A stretch of DNA of 64,000 bases from Fimbriosthenelais zetlandica (GCA_977030845.1 OZ365114.1:17670001-17734000), one strand, 5' to 3'; counted from the stretch's first letter, positions 28,100-41,871 are shown. Numbers and translations are program-made. Notes: generated from the sequence alone by a model not told the origin.

Positions 28100-28900
28100 T
28101 TGGGTCGGGAAAGTTTGGCCTAGCTCTGCTTTTCTGGCTTTTAGACGAAACTTGGTATTTGAAGCAATGAGCCCTTGGATTCCCTCACTGGCATTGACAA
28201 ATTTTAGGAATGACATTTGCAGGAGAAATCGTAATTATATCCTCGTCATGTCGTCTGTAATGGATTATTGGTATTAACATTTACTTTCAGGGTTTCAATT
28301 GCGTGTCAGACTGGAGTTAACTTAAGATGGCATTTAAATGATTGATGTTGTATGCATTTCGATAAGGTGTGCACTGTGTACAATATATGAGGGAAATATG
28401 GAGCCTTGTTTTCTAATTGGCTCATCATATTGGCATTGGTTCGAATAGAAGCTTCAAATCTGGGTGTATTTAGAGTGTGGGGGCGTCAATTGACTGTGCT
28501 AGAGCCTATTTAGTATTTAGCTGTCAAGTATGGATTACCACAGGCATGCATGTCATCTGGCATTAATTCATTTATAAGGTCTTCTGATTTATACACCACC
28601 AGAATAAAACTCTTACTAGGAGGAGAGTTTTCAAAAGTTAATTTGTTAGAGATTAAACAGTAGACTGAGGGAAATTCAAAGAGGCTTGCTGAGGAAGGGT
28701 CAGAGTCACTTTTTACGATGGTTAATTCATGAGGCAATGTGTACCCCTTTGCTCACAGGGAGAATTGGGACGTGATTGGCAGGCAGATTCCCACTGACCT
28801 TAACTCTGAAAAGAGCAGGAAACAGGCGACACACAGTCACTGATAGCTTTGAACATTAGACGAAAGCAGACGACAATTTTCTCTTTGCACTGTAGACATA
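28100..28900 (+). mobile_element. Decayed LINE RT core
   Basis: FDKV (28358-28369) and VKYGLPQ (28523-28543; cf. GVPQG) at canonical ~57-codon spacing. Confidence 0.5.
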
Positions 28901-31900
28901 TATAATAATACAGACGTTTCGCCAACTGGGACAGAAAGACTGATGGTGTAAGCCAAACATTGCAATGATTACTTGAATAGGTGCATGATGTTAGAAAAGT
29001 GTCCTTTTAAATTAATTTTTGCAATCCTCAGGTTTCAGAGGTTGCAAGCGTGATATTACACTGACTTTCTTGGGGATTTTCGCCCAAGATTTTCTCCCAA
29101 GAAGTTGCAAACTAGTAAAGACGTTCAGACCATTTCCTATGGCGACGCCTTTCTATCTGCACGAACGCTTTCAATCTGAAAGCTCTAAGTAGAATGTTAG
29201 TTCTATTGATGGCAAGCCACTGAAAAGATCCACTCAGTGTATCCTGGACTTAAAGCATCCCAGATAATACATTGACATTTTCGCTTGATTTTCCCAGTGG
29301 TATGAAAAAATCGAGATGCATGCTGCTGCAGAATGGCTGGCAGCATATTATCGGTGGCGTCGGTTCAGGCCATTTACAGAGGCAGACATCACCCTCTAAG
29401 AGGATAATAAAAGATGAGAAGATGAAAAGATGAAAAGGATAGAGGATAACTAAAGGAAGGAAGATTTGGATTAGTTCTCTCATATTGACCTGGTCTTATT
29501 CCTTTATGATATTAATCTTTCATTTCTGATTTGCTTTGCTCTTCCCCGGCCTTATTCATTTTGCATTTAGACTCATTTGAACACCATTCAACAGCTCTAT
29601 ACGGTGCCATTTTCTGGTAATTGTTGGGACCCATTCACATAATATCCTTCCTATAATATTCTGTAGCATGCCATTTTGGTTATACATAACTAGTGTGGCA
29701 CCATACATCCAGAAGACTATATGTGTGAAATAGCCCAAAATTCATTGATTGTGTGTGTTCTTCGGAAATGACCCAAGAACCCAGGATGTTGGTTGTAAAT
29801 AGAAGTAACGAGGCAGGAACATTTCGAGTCACGTCCCCTGTGCCAAACCTGGGAAGTTATGTGGTAGGAAAATCAGGGTGGATCAACAAGGTGTTGTGTA
29901 CGTTGACCTAAAGTGACGGTGTTATGGATTAACCTACGATAGTATGCTCGTATAAAGGCTCGCAGTTTGTTCATCTGCTGGTTAAGCAGGGAATCCATTG
30001 GTGAGATTTTTCGTTAGTATGTCGCACCATCGGCATGTGATGCATGCAGTCAGGGATGCCAAAAAATATCGCACCTGTGGAAATCAATCACATTTAACTA
30101 GTTTATGACTTCTATTTCGGTGACAACCTTATTATGTGTTCCTATCTTTCCTCGTTTTGTAGCTTTTATTTATTTGTTAATTGTTGCAAGGAACGTCGAT
30201 ATTAGGAAGATAGATAACAATGTACCATGAAGGTCTTTGTGAAATGTGCACCTGGACCCTATAGACTCATAGACTCTTGCTGGAATCTCCCAACCAGAAG
30301 TTAACAACCTAACATAAAAGCACATCCCTATTGTGTTAATTCCTTAAAGCGTCTACGATCGAAGAAAAATATTTCCCCATCACTTTGCAAGCTGCTCGGT
30401 CGCTTTGGGACAGTTTCATCCACACCTCCCCCTCCTTCGGTCTGATACTTGTTTAAAAAATATCAAACTGTCCAGCTGGATAGATTTCCAGGCACTGGAA
30501 TACAGCAATCAATTGATAAAGTAAATTTAACAACAACAAATCAAAATACCATGCAGGCATGTCTCAGGACGAGCCTTCACATATATATCAAATAAACTTA
30601 ACACTAATTTGGTTTAGCTTCCCACTTCATCCTGTTAAACTGGCGCCATTGTGTGCCTTAGCAGCATCAATCATTTAGTGCCTAATTTGATTGGTGGACA
30701 AAAGGTGGCAGTTAATGGCATTGACTTATATGTATAGACTCCCTGACGAGACACGTAAATGAAGGGGTAGTTGTGATGAGGTCGTTAATTGATATGGTGT
30801 GCTGAAGAACTGAGTAAGGCTCCATATATATTTTCTATAGAAATTTCTTCTTATAAATGATTTTATATAGAAGAGCTGTTGTCTCATTTGCAAAACATGT
30901 ATAGTTGCATTCAATGGTCTCCGTTAAGAGCGAGGTGGATATAGATCTTGCCACTTTTGCATAAGTATGTAATATTAACAAGGCTATAACATCTCAAGTA
31001 TTTACCAAGCCTCTCGCCAGGAAAAAACTTCCATTCTTGTCATTTATAAACCTATTTGATTTGCAATCATGGAGAGAAGGCCACACCAAGATCCCTGTTT
31101 CCACATTTTCCTTCCAACCACCTGACATCCATTTATGCTGCATCCTTGAAGAGAGCCATAAAGGCTGGGAGTAACGTTGGGAGTAACAAGGGTGTGGCAC
31201 TGACAGATCGATATGGGATGGTCGGTCTAAGAGGCGGGACCTAATCCTCCACATCTCATTCACAGCCTTTACTTATATATACATCTTACTTCTATAATGG
31301 AGTGACGCCAACAAGGACATACACTACATACATGACAAGTGGTAAACCCCTTTTCCTGGCAACCTTTGTGGAAAAGTTAAGTTGATTACTACAACCCCTG
31401 ACCTTTAAATGCTATGGTGGAATTCATATAATATGGTGACTTGGAATATTAGAGGGAGACATGATGCCGAGTGAATCATGCTTGAGGCATGTCACAGGCC
31501 ATTCCAGAATGCCTATATATTATGCTGAAATTCAAACTAACGTGTTATTTGATTCAGGAGCTGCAAGCGACTTCCATGCAGCAAATTCTAAAAATAAACT
31601 TTGCATTTATAAGTTATATCATGCTCTATAAGGGAAAAAGACTATAGTAAGATGCAGAGAATTCAAACATATGGATCCATATATGTCCCCTTGACGAAGA
31701 AATAAATTAGACTGTGCCAATATCTCATATTAGGTTTTCCCTCTGGGACTCGTTAGCAGTCTGATACTGAATGACAAAAATGAATGAGAAAGCATGCCTG
31801 AGAATGATTCCTACTATAGCAGCTCAGAGCTGAAATTTAATGGAAATTACATTCTCTATACAGTTTGCTACTGTTCTTCTTGATATGTAACTTACTCTGA

Positions 31901-33579
31901 AAGGTATAGCCCTCAGACATGCACAGCAACTGAGATCAGACTTGAAGCCTTGCCTATAATATAGAGTGTAATTAATACACATTGGAACTCACAAACTCAC
32001 AATGGAATTACTTGATTGTCAACGAGTCCATTAAAAGGAACGAATTTCTTATAGTCAGATGAATCTGCTGAGATGATAAAGGCTACCATGCACATTTGCA
32101 TTCATATCAAGCTGTCGTTTGACACCTTGACTCATCTGAGAATAGTGAATGTTTTTTATATTAGCTTGGTAAGTGTTCATTTTAACAAACAGATAAGTTA
32201 TATAGACAATGAATTTGTTCTGGATAGATCATGCAGGGCACAGAGCCAAATAAACGAGATAGGTGTGAGACAAGCCTACCATGAGACACATTTGCCCAGT
32301 AAACTTGATAACTGGAAAGTGCCAGACAATTCCTCATTTCCATAAGCTGTCTGGCTTAGGATATATAGAGTGGAATATACCAAGGTGAAAAATGCTAAGG
32401 ACTGATATTTGTGAATAAGATCCTCTTGTGTAATATTTACAAGCAATTATATAAATTTTAACAATAGGCTCCAATAGCTTCAAACCTTCCAAGTCTATGA
32501 GCTAAAATTAGCTATATAGATTAATTCAAAATCTTTTTCGTCCATGTTACTTGGTCTACTGTACATGTATATGTAAACATTTCTAATAATGCATTATTCG
32601 TGTGGGGAGAAGTTCATTGTCGTCTGGATCTCTCTGTGTTAATTGCGGTATAGTGAGTTTGACGAGCCATAGGACGGTATGATATGAGCTGGACTGGAGG
32701 CAGATAAGCTTAGAATGAATGGTAATGGCTGGAGGCATTATGGAAGGCCGTATGGGAGTCTATTGTTAATCTGTATGACAGCATGCAATAAGGGAAACGA
32801 TCAAAATTGAATTTATGTCTCATACTTGATTGTTTCACTTCATATCAAAGCCTGATTACTCAAAATTCATATCAGCCATGCAAATTGGATGAGACTGGAG
32901 TTCCAATTACATCCACAACTGCAATAGAATCATTATGATGGAGAATCATCTAGCCCCCTGGCTGAATAATATTTATTTTATCTTAAAACCCTTATATCAT
33001 TTTTTCTCTATCTATAATAGCTCTCAGGTTTATATATCTCTCCATTGGCACATAAAGATCTGCCTTGGAACCATTGATATCTTCTCTAAATCATTACACT
33101 AACCTTATATAGACCCTATGGGAATAATTTCCTTACCAGTGTATGTCTAGTGAATGGAAATGAACCCCACAAAACCTTGCTGATAAGGTGGCAATAATTA
33201 CCAACCAACTCCCCTATGAGATAAAGTGATAAAGGGGGAGATAAAAACTAACAACTCTCCCATCATCAGGCACAATCTCCATCCGTTTTGATCTTCTGAA
33301 ATCTACTCTTGGAATCGTTTGATATTGAAGCTCGATATGGGCGTGCACACTTTGTTGCTATGGCAACTTCTATAGACCAATGTATACATATATAATGGCA
33401 ATATTGCATTCCTGTTTTCAGTGCAAAATTTCAAACAATAACCATTTCCAATTTGAATTGTCGCACAGTATTCCATTCTGGTGCAATGGACTTCTGAGTT
33501 TACGTAGGCATGCATTTCTTAAAATATTGACCAGGTAAAAACAAATATAATTGAACTTGAAGAACTATTATTTTGCCAT

Positions 33580-33950
33580 TACTTCCCCTGCTACCAGTTG
33601 CCAAATTTATGCCATCAAACAAGTTCTTGTCTTTTCTACTTTGTTAGAAAAAGAACTTGATAAAAAAAAAACTCAATATTCGGCTTGGTCAGATACACAA
33701 GCGGTGTCTCTGCATGGTCACATCACTATCAATCCCCTATTAATTGCATCGGGAGGCACTGCGCATGTCCAGAATGGGACGTCACCTATAAAACACTCAG
33801 CCATTGGTGGAGGCAAAGCGAGTGTAACCAAACGAATTGCTTGGAGAAACACAATTCTACACTGCCAATAAGCGAGTTTCCTTGTTGTTCATCCACTGGA
33901 CATTATTCTGAACACGCTATCCCAACAAAGCCAAATATACTCCCAGTCGC
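33580..33950 (+). mobile_element. Decayed RTE-like LINE C-terminal fragment
   Basis: QVLVFSTLL (cf. YRALVLSTLLYG) and TAHVQ (cf. W.GHV.RM). Confidence 0.3.
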
Positions 33951-35322
33951 TGCTATAATTCTAGCTGAATGAGATTCAGATTATCTCTGATAGGAATTTG
34001 AAAATGAGACATTCAAGGTGTGATGTGGGATAGTAGGATTAAATTGGTAATGCTGGTATTGAAAATATGGGTTTGCCAATTTAGCCAGCAATCAGGTCTT
34101 CCTTGTTGGAAAATGCATATATGTAAATATTATGTATGGACGAACCTCTTGGGCTATCTCATAGGTTCTGTGTTATTTGAAAGGGAGATCGGGAGGGAAT
34201 AGCAATCATCCGGGGAGACCGGGCAAGGGCAAGAAAAATTTCCTTTCCGATATATACGGAAAAGATCGATCAAAAATATTACCTTATCTCGCATCTTCTT
34301 TGTAACTGCATGGAAAGTAAGCCTCCCTTCAATGAATGCAGTCGATCACTTTCGCCGGGACTCTCCAAACTTAATTGCATGGCCTTCGTTATTTTTGTTG
34401 CTCATTTTGCTGAAGTCGTTTTATTGCTATATGTCATATGTCAGCCGGGAACAGCCACCGCAGCAGGTCCCCAGTTGCCCAGGGCAATTATGATTTGGGT
34501 ATATTATATGCTGGATATTTTGTGTTGTTTTTCAGACTTTACTTTGACATTATTGATTCTGGGGGCTTGGTAAAACAGTCGAGTGATGTATTTGCAAATT
34601 TTTATAATGAATTCAGCTTGAGGGGGGGTGTAAAAAAACAATACGGGTCGACGTAACGTGAAGGAATCAAATTGGGCCATCTGCTTGTTGATCTAGGAAG
34701 CATACTGTATAATGTATTCATGTATATCCTTCATAAAGATGTCACTGGACACTAATAACCTGATTCAAATTTTAAGGAAGTCATTGACTTTTTATCAGGA
34801 AATTCCCGAAGTATTTTTTATGAATTATGCACGTTCTAAACCACACGCTGGCGAGACAAGACAATCAAATTATACCAAAGTTGACAATAAATGTTATTCT
34901 GCCGATGTGCAATATATTAGTGTCCCCACATCCTCTAAAACCCATGGTATTAGCGCTACTGCAGAGGACTCCAGGACAACATTGATATTTAGACTACAAA
35001 CAAGTCACATCTGTCCAATATCAACCCCTATCAGGTACAAAAGCGTCATGCCTTCTATGACACACATCATAAAGTGTATGCTACCCTTATACCATGTCCA
35101 ATTTTAAATATTCATATCAGAACAGTTTCCACTGCATGGCTTGAATGAGAAGATCTCTTGAATGAGAAGATCTCTATGTTGCATCCTCAATTTTAATTCA
35201 TGTCGCCGCTCATGTAGTGCTCTGATCGAGGTAAGGTCTGACTTTTAAGGAAAAGCAAAACTACAGGAACACCGAGGGAACAAGCTTCAAATTCTTCTTA
35301 CTAAAATGGCACTCGGCATTTT

Positions 35323-35613
35323 TTAATATCTTATATTCTTCCCATCAAAATTTGACTTCCCTAAAAATAGCATAACTGCAAGGGGAAGTATGTTTGATGT
35401 ATAGAGAAATATCCAACTACAAAGCCTGGGAGCTATAGAATAGCTGCCACAAACATATTGCTGGTTTCTTTGTCGCGTGACTGGACCTAGCCATTGAAAC
35501 ATGATCATGTAACCACGGTAAGGAAACCTTACAAGAATCCCTGCCTTCAGGTCTGAAATCATAGAACTGATCTTCCTTGGAGGTATACTGAAAATACACG
35601 ACATGTATCTCAC
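35323..35613 (-). mobile_element. Decayed RTE-like LINE C-terminal fragment
   Basis: DLKAGIL.....FQWLGPVTR (cf. ERAGIPSI....LRWLGHV.R). Confidence 0.3.
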
Positions 35614-37741
35614 ATAAAACTAAATCCGATCTAGAACTGTCTGCGCTGCCTTTGCTGTGGCCAATTTCAGAATGAAGAAGAGCTACACAAGCCCATTTAC
35701 ATTACACGAGGCCTCTGTGTTTGCCTTCTGGCCACTGGTTGATAACCTGCTCACATGGGCACAGCAGTGATCATAGCTGTCATGAACTGCTCATGACCTC
35801 TGTTGCCTTTCCCCCTCTTCTATTTCTTCCTCTCCCTTTTCTCTTTATCCCATGGGATAAATGTAAATACATGTACATTACATCTTACAGTACAATCCTC
35901 CACATAGAAGTAATCCCAGTGCTTGCATTTTAGGTACTAGTGAACGTCCTATTCCCATCTGTTCAGAGCAGATTATAGCGGTTATGAATTGCTCGTGGCC
36001 AGTCTTGTCTTTCCCATTTTTCCTTTTCCCCTCTTCCCTTCCTCTTTATCTCGGAGAATAAATACGAATATCCAAAAAGGCGACTTTTTCACGACACAAA
36101 TTCAAGTCATTAGCCGAACTTTTTACCATACCCTTTCTCTTCCCGAACTCTTTCTTCACACCCTTTATATAGGCCAATTACATTTTGTTTTTAGGATATT
36201 TGTGGCCTAATTATCTCTACATTCGTTCTGTTTCTCAACAAGGGTCCAAATCAACAGAAAAATGCAAACTAACAGAGCCGGATTTCATTTGAGAGTAAAT
36301 AGTGTGGCTGATGGGAAAACATCTAAGGTTTCTTGTTCCACATGGCATTATTGGCACCCGTATTGGTCCAAAGGGACCTCTAGCGACAGAATCGATCAAT
36401 CACAGCAGGACTTGTTAAGTTAGACAGGTATAATTTTCACGTGAGGTAGTAATTGCGTTCTGTTTTCCCTGTATTTTTTCGTATATAGTATCCATATTAT
36501 ACTCTATTTTTACTTAACAAAAGCTAAATATCAGTTCAACATATTTAATAAGTTTAATTAAACTTCGTAGTCCTAAATGTATAGACAATATACATTAGAT
36601 ATCTTTTTCTTATATATCCAATTTTAGACATTCATATAACAATTACTACATTGCTTGGCTAAACATAATTATGAGGCTGCATCCAGTATTATTTTTGATG
36701 CAGCTTTTTTCTTTTGATTTGTAAAATCTGGTTTCAGGCATTCATGGCGAAATGATTAATGTCTTAAAACTTCTTCCATTATAGAGACTTTCATAACCCG
36801 AGATCTGGAAAGATGTGGCATGAATGTGAGTATGACCAAGGCTGATTTTATCCAACATGAAAGACATCAGTTCTTTTATTTTAATGTGAGTATCACTTTC
36901 ATGGAGCTTCCAAGAAACTTTTAATTATCCCTGCTGGTCATGTATAGAATAAAGCATCAAATAATTCTCAGAGAAAAGACTAGCGATAACTCCAATCTCC
37001 AGTACAAACTCATAAACTCACATAACCTAAATCGGATATAGATAGGGTCGATTTAACAAGATGACTGAAAAGTCATCGCATAAAATCATTGATGGTCATA
37101 TTATTAGCTGGAGGTTGCCCCGTCAAAACCCCCTTAATTCCAATAACCAAACGTGTCTTGAATTAATAGATGAAACCTGAAGCAATATCATTAGACAGAG
37201 TCTTCGATTTTTCAAACTTATTCCACGCCATGTATGCACACTCCCGTCCAACTTTCTCCTGAAAATATGATTCATCCCTATGAGTTCATAGGAATGTACT
37301 GCTATCCTTAATAATTTCTTAATGACAGTTGGTACAGTCTTTCTATTGATTTGTACTGGTTATATTGATGCCATATATAGCCACGGATACAGACCATTAT
37401 ATAGTATATAATATTATGTCTTATAGCTTCTCCTCGAATGAACAATGAGAACATGGAGAGCTGTAGGCATTATACAATGATTAGCATGTAATGGCCATCA
37501 GGTATGGATAATTAACATTGATTTAGTATGTAATTACAATGCAAAGCAGAGGGTAAATCACACTACCTAGAACGTGCCTCAGTCACCTATGACCATGGGC
37601 ATTTAATTTAACCTCCATCAACACATATTTCATATAGACAACATTCAATTGGCTCTTAATTTATACTGCACTATATGACAAATCTGGGAATTATAATGTG
37701 TATCTCAGGAAAATACTACCCCAATACTTTTAGATACAGAG

Positions 37742-38170
37742 CGGTTTAGCATTATGTTTATGGTTTAGCATTATGCTTACGGTTTAGCATTATGTTTGAT
37801 GACGTGTGATGAGCGTTATGTTTGATGACGCCTGGTGAGCGTTATGTTTAATGACGTCTGATGAGCGTTATGTTTGACGACGCCTGATGAGCGTTATGTT
37901 TAATAACGTCTGATGAGCGTTATGTTTAATGACGCCTGATGAGCGTTATGTTTGATGACGCCTGATGAGCGTTATGTTTGATGACGCCTGATGAGCGTTA
38001 TGTTTAATGACGCCTGATGAGCGTTATGTTTAATGACGTCTGGTGAGCGTTATGTTTAATGACGTCTGGTGAGCGTTATGTTTAATGACGCCTGATGAGC
38101 GTTATGTTTAAGGCTGTCTGATAAGCGTTATGTTTGATGACGTCTGACAAGTGTTATGTTTGATGAAGTC
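37742..38170. repeat. Compound minisatellite: 3 x 19-bp unit followed by ~14 x 26-bp unit CTGATGAGCGTTATGTTTAATGACGC
   Basis: 19-mer cggtttagcattatgttta x3 (37742-37797); 26-bp periodicity read directly (gagcg at 37811, 37837, ...), decaying by ~38170. No unique spacers. Confidence 0.95.
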
Positions 38171-38699
38171 TGAACTGTCAGAATTGATGGTGATAGGTTT
38201 TCGTAGGGCTTTGCGCCAATTAAATTTAAACCAAAATGAAATGCTCCCTCCTGACACTGGGAATCCCTCCATTGGCTTCTTTTTTATCAACCGCTTTTGG
38301 CTTCCAGCATACTTTCAGAGAACCCTTAAAAAGGCAGTTCGGGAACCTACTGACCACTAAACCCATGGACCTGCATCATTGAACATAATTCGCCGTATGA
38401 TACCCAATGCACATTAGTTACTTGTGCATCTCATAATTGATACGCTATAACATGTACAACAATCAGGAACGACACTTTATGAAACCAGCTTTATATTGTA
38501 CCTTCCATGCACAGTTGGATTTACCTTCACCGCCCTACAGGGAGACACATGGGAGCATTGTGTAGATGATTGACTTTGCATGGGTGGCAGTTCTGATGGG
38601 TTTTAATTATGTTTCTTTGAATATTAGCACCCATTAAGATGCTCTCAAACAAGGGGTATAAATCGTTCACGCTGTGAGGTACCCATTCATTAATAGGCC

Positions 38700-38970
38700 T
38701 CGGGCTCTTTTTGACCTCAGCAGCTCTTTGAGCAGCTCCTAAATGCTCAAGCGCATGCGTACGCGACAGGAGAGGGTCAAGTTGACTCACCTGCGTTTAG
38801 AACGAGCAGACCAATCCAGAAGGAGAGGTTCCTTCCGCTCCTTCCTACTTCACCCTTCATCCTCCTCCTCCACCGACCGGAAACTACCGCAAATAAGGCC
38901 GTGAACGGTTTGGCTGAGATCAGCAGGTGTGGCAGGGATGTCTGCTCCTTAAGCAGACGCGTAAGAAACT
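38700..38970. promoter_or_regulatory. CpG-rich promoter-like segment
   Basis: gcgcatgcgt (NRF1-like), ccaatc, accggaaact (ETS-like); splice donors on both strands (minus CAG|GTGAGT at 38790, plus GC|GTAAGA at 38961). Confidence 0.35.
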
Positions 38971-40099
38971 CAGATGTGCTAAAAAGATGTTGAGCTGCTT
39001 TAGAAAATACTTTTATCCTACGTGGATTAGTTAGTACAACTTTTAAACTAAGTTGCGTGCTTTGAGAGAGGAATTTAAAGTTTATCTCCTCCTATCCTCA
39101 TATTCCCACTGGGTTTTCTGCTTTAAATCTTCTTCGGAAGGAAAAGTGCCGGTGAAAATAGACTTCTCCTATTCAGTACCCTCAGCCTATTATCAAACTA
39201 TGAAATGGTAGGAAATTCAACTCTAGGGGAAAAACGAATATGAAATCCACCGAAGCGTCTTCGTAATCTAAATAAATCCGATGGACAGAGTCTGTGGAAA
39301 TTGATGAAAGATTAATCCTGAATGGCGTATGGATGTGGAAATGAGATGTGTAAAGTTCATTTGGCATGGAAGTTTTAGTTTTCAATCCGTGCCTAGACAC
39401 TTCATTAGGAATGAGCTGATGCCACACAATGCGTCCTCAAGGTTGGCCACTACAAATATGAGGGTCCGGTGTCCACCTTTTTATTCAACCTCCCCTTGAT
39501 TTCCTAAGCTTCATTAGTTTTCTCTTCACACACTGTATAGCATATGGATTATTCTCGAGAAAATTATTTTTCATGAGAAAATTGTATTAACAAATGAAGA
39601 GAGTTGAATTTGTGAACGTATAGGCCTAACGTGCGTGCGGTGGGGATATTTCTCACAGCTGTGGGTTTTATCCTCTTTATCATTATCGTCGTGGGCTATA
39701 TATAACAGCTATTTAGCTCCCATGCAGTGTTGTTCTCAGTTCACAATTAAGACAATTTTCGACACATGTCTAATTAATTTAAGAAGAAATGTTCATAGAA
39801 AATCATACAGAGACAAAACGCCTAGAATGCGGAAGCCAAAAAGGGTGTATCATGTTTCCAATGTCCAAAAACATAAAAAATGAACATTTTGCCTGATGGT
39901 GAAATGTTTTTGTAATGTGAAATGTTTTCTAAAGTTCACATAACCAAATAATAGTCACAAATCTATTGAATTTAATTATATAATTTTTCGGTAGGAGTGG
40001 AATTTGCACTTTAAATGTCTTACAATTGAAGAACGCGTCCAGGAAAGGAATTATCTCCTCTAGCTATTCCTTGTATTTTATCCTCTTTTGCCTAATGTC

Positions 40100-40400
40100 C
40101 TGAAGTGTAAAAAGTAGACATCCTGGGAAGTTGTGCGTTCCGTATGTTAGGGCAGACCTGTGCCGTGTGTGCCAGTATACGGTAGGTGAATGCACGAGGG
40201 TTACTCCTCAATCCGAGTCCTCTCCTACTCTTCCTGCTCCACCCACCTCCACCTGCTCGCAGCCAGCTCGCCCATTCTTCGCGGCTCAGAACGTGAACAG
40301 CCACGCCATCTAGGTATCTGTAGTGACGTCAGGGGACACCAAGTGAGGACATGCGTGAGACGTGCCGGAAGTGACGTGATTAGTTATGAATGATGATTAG
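40100..40400. promoter_or_regulatory. CpG-rich promoter-like segment, possible TSS of the GT92 gene (alternatively an LTR relic)
   Basis: tgacgtca (CRE, ~40324), ccggaagtgacgtg (ETS + CRE/E-box, ~40366-40379); lies 1.5 kb upstream of the splice acceptor preceding the GT92 ATG. Confidence 0.35.
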
Positions 40401-40549
40401 ATAGAGAAGTGTTCTCTTTGAGTCCCTGATGGGTATAGATTACACCATAGATTACATAGAATCAGAGGAGCCTATATTGTAATGTCCTTCTTGTTACATG
40501 TAGGTCTATCGTGGATAATGGATACTTTATGGTGTAGGATTAGCATAAT

Positions 40550-41010
40550 TAGGCCCATATCAAGGAATGTTGTTGATGCAGGTGGAAAATGTGCACCTAA
40601 GCCCAGGACAGTCCTGACTGTAGGAAGAGGGCGTGGGATCTGTATTGGGCCCTTTTTTCTGGGTGACATTGTGCCCTTTTCGGGGTGAAATTGCATGGGC
40701 CCTTTTGAGGGTCGGTGGGACCAAACGCAAATGAACTCAAAAACACAATCATGGATAATGATCAAAGGGATCCAATAACATAGTGAGGTGGGACACTCAA
40801 AATGGCAGGCCTCAGTACCATGCCGAGGAGGGGCCCACAAATGGCCTGACGATCAAAGGGGCCCAATAGGCTACTGTTCGAGGGACCCACAAATGGATTG
40901 CTGTAAAAGGAGGCCCAATACCGTGCTGAGGCGCTCGCAACATAATTAATGGGTTGATGAATACAAAAGTGGGCACAATACCATGCCGAGGATGGATCCA
41001 CAAATTGCTT
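40550..41010. mobile_element. MITE-like relic with GGGCCC subterminal repeats
   Basis: Several gggccc(ttt) motifs on the left and aaagg(g)gccc / gggcccacaaatgg on the right, plus a degenerate repeat (taccatgccgagga..cacaaat). Confidence 0.3.
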
Positions 41011-41871
41011 GATGACTGTTTTGACGTAACTTAACACTAGGCCAACATGTAGGCCTGTGCATATAAGGCCCAGAGGCTATGCTTAAGTAGGCCTTCAGAA
41101 GATTTTAACAATCTGGGAAGGGGGGGGGGGGGGGGGGCAAAGCCCCGCATTGTTAGATCGCAGCAATCATAGACTGTAGCAATTAGTCCTTCAGTGGCGC
41201 CACCATACGGCAAAGACTAACATCAAGCGCTGTCAAAACCAAATCCAAAACTTCAAGGGAGTAGGTTCGTTGCAGAGCAAAGCTATACTTAACCGTTTAG
41301 CTTTACTTTACCCTTAACGTTTTGCAGCCAACGAACTACCTCCCTGCACTAAAAACAAAATGCGCTAGACATCCGTGCCATTTTTATGCCCATGGACCTC
41401 TTACAATTTCATGTCGAATTTGGATGGGAAACTCAAAAAACGCGTCCAATTTTGTATGAATGCTCATATAGACATAGAATGCTACATGGTTTACGAGAGT
41501 ACTCTGATCCAGAAGTAGGCTAATATAGGCCTAGTAGTAGTGTCTGTAATAATCTTTTTGTAATGGGCTCGAGATGCAGAAGCCTGACTCATTAGTATGC
41601 ATTAACTTCATACATAATTACTGTCACCTTACCGGGTATGAATATTTCGGCCATGCCCCGAGGCAAGACCACGTATTTGGTCCACTACGAGTCAGTATTA
41701 CAATCACCATATTGCGGCCAGGTAAGAAAAAAGCGCTTGACAAATTATTTTGTATATCTCCTAATCTAGGGGATATTTCAGGTTTCATGTCACCTCTAAG
41801 TTAGATTATTTTTTAGCCAATCCATCTCTCTAAAACGCAATCCATTTACCTTATTCCAGATCTATATAGCC

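Noticed and set aside
32600-32800. RLPYGL on the minus strand as LTR/DIRS RT
   Set aside because: Single short motif with no supporting YxDD at the right distance.
34712-35107. 131-aa ORF with GIY-YIG-like HAGETRQS
   Set aside because: Only a faint resemblance to YVGET; at best TE debris, not supportable as a gene.
37798-38170. CRISPR-like array or functional hammerhead ribozyme
   Set aside because: Repeats are head-to-tail with no unique spacers, there are no cas genes and the context is eukaryotic; the hammerhead GAAA/stem III half is missing.
41119-41137. Poly-G run (also 6950-6961) and poly-A at 56343-56358
   Set aside because: Simple homopolymers typical of MITE or retroposon relics; no further structure supportable.
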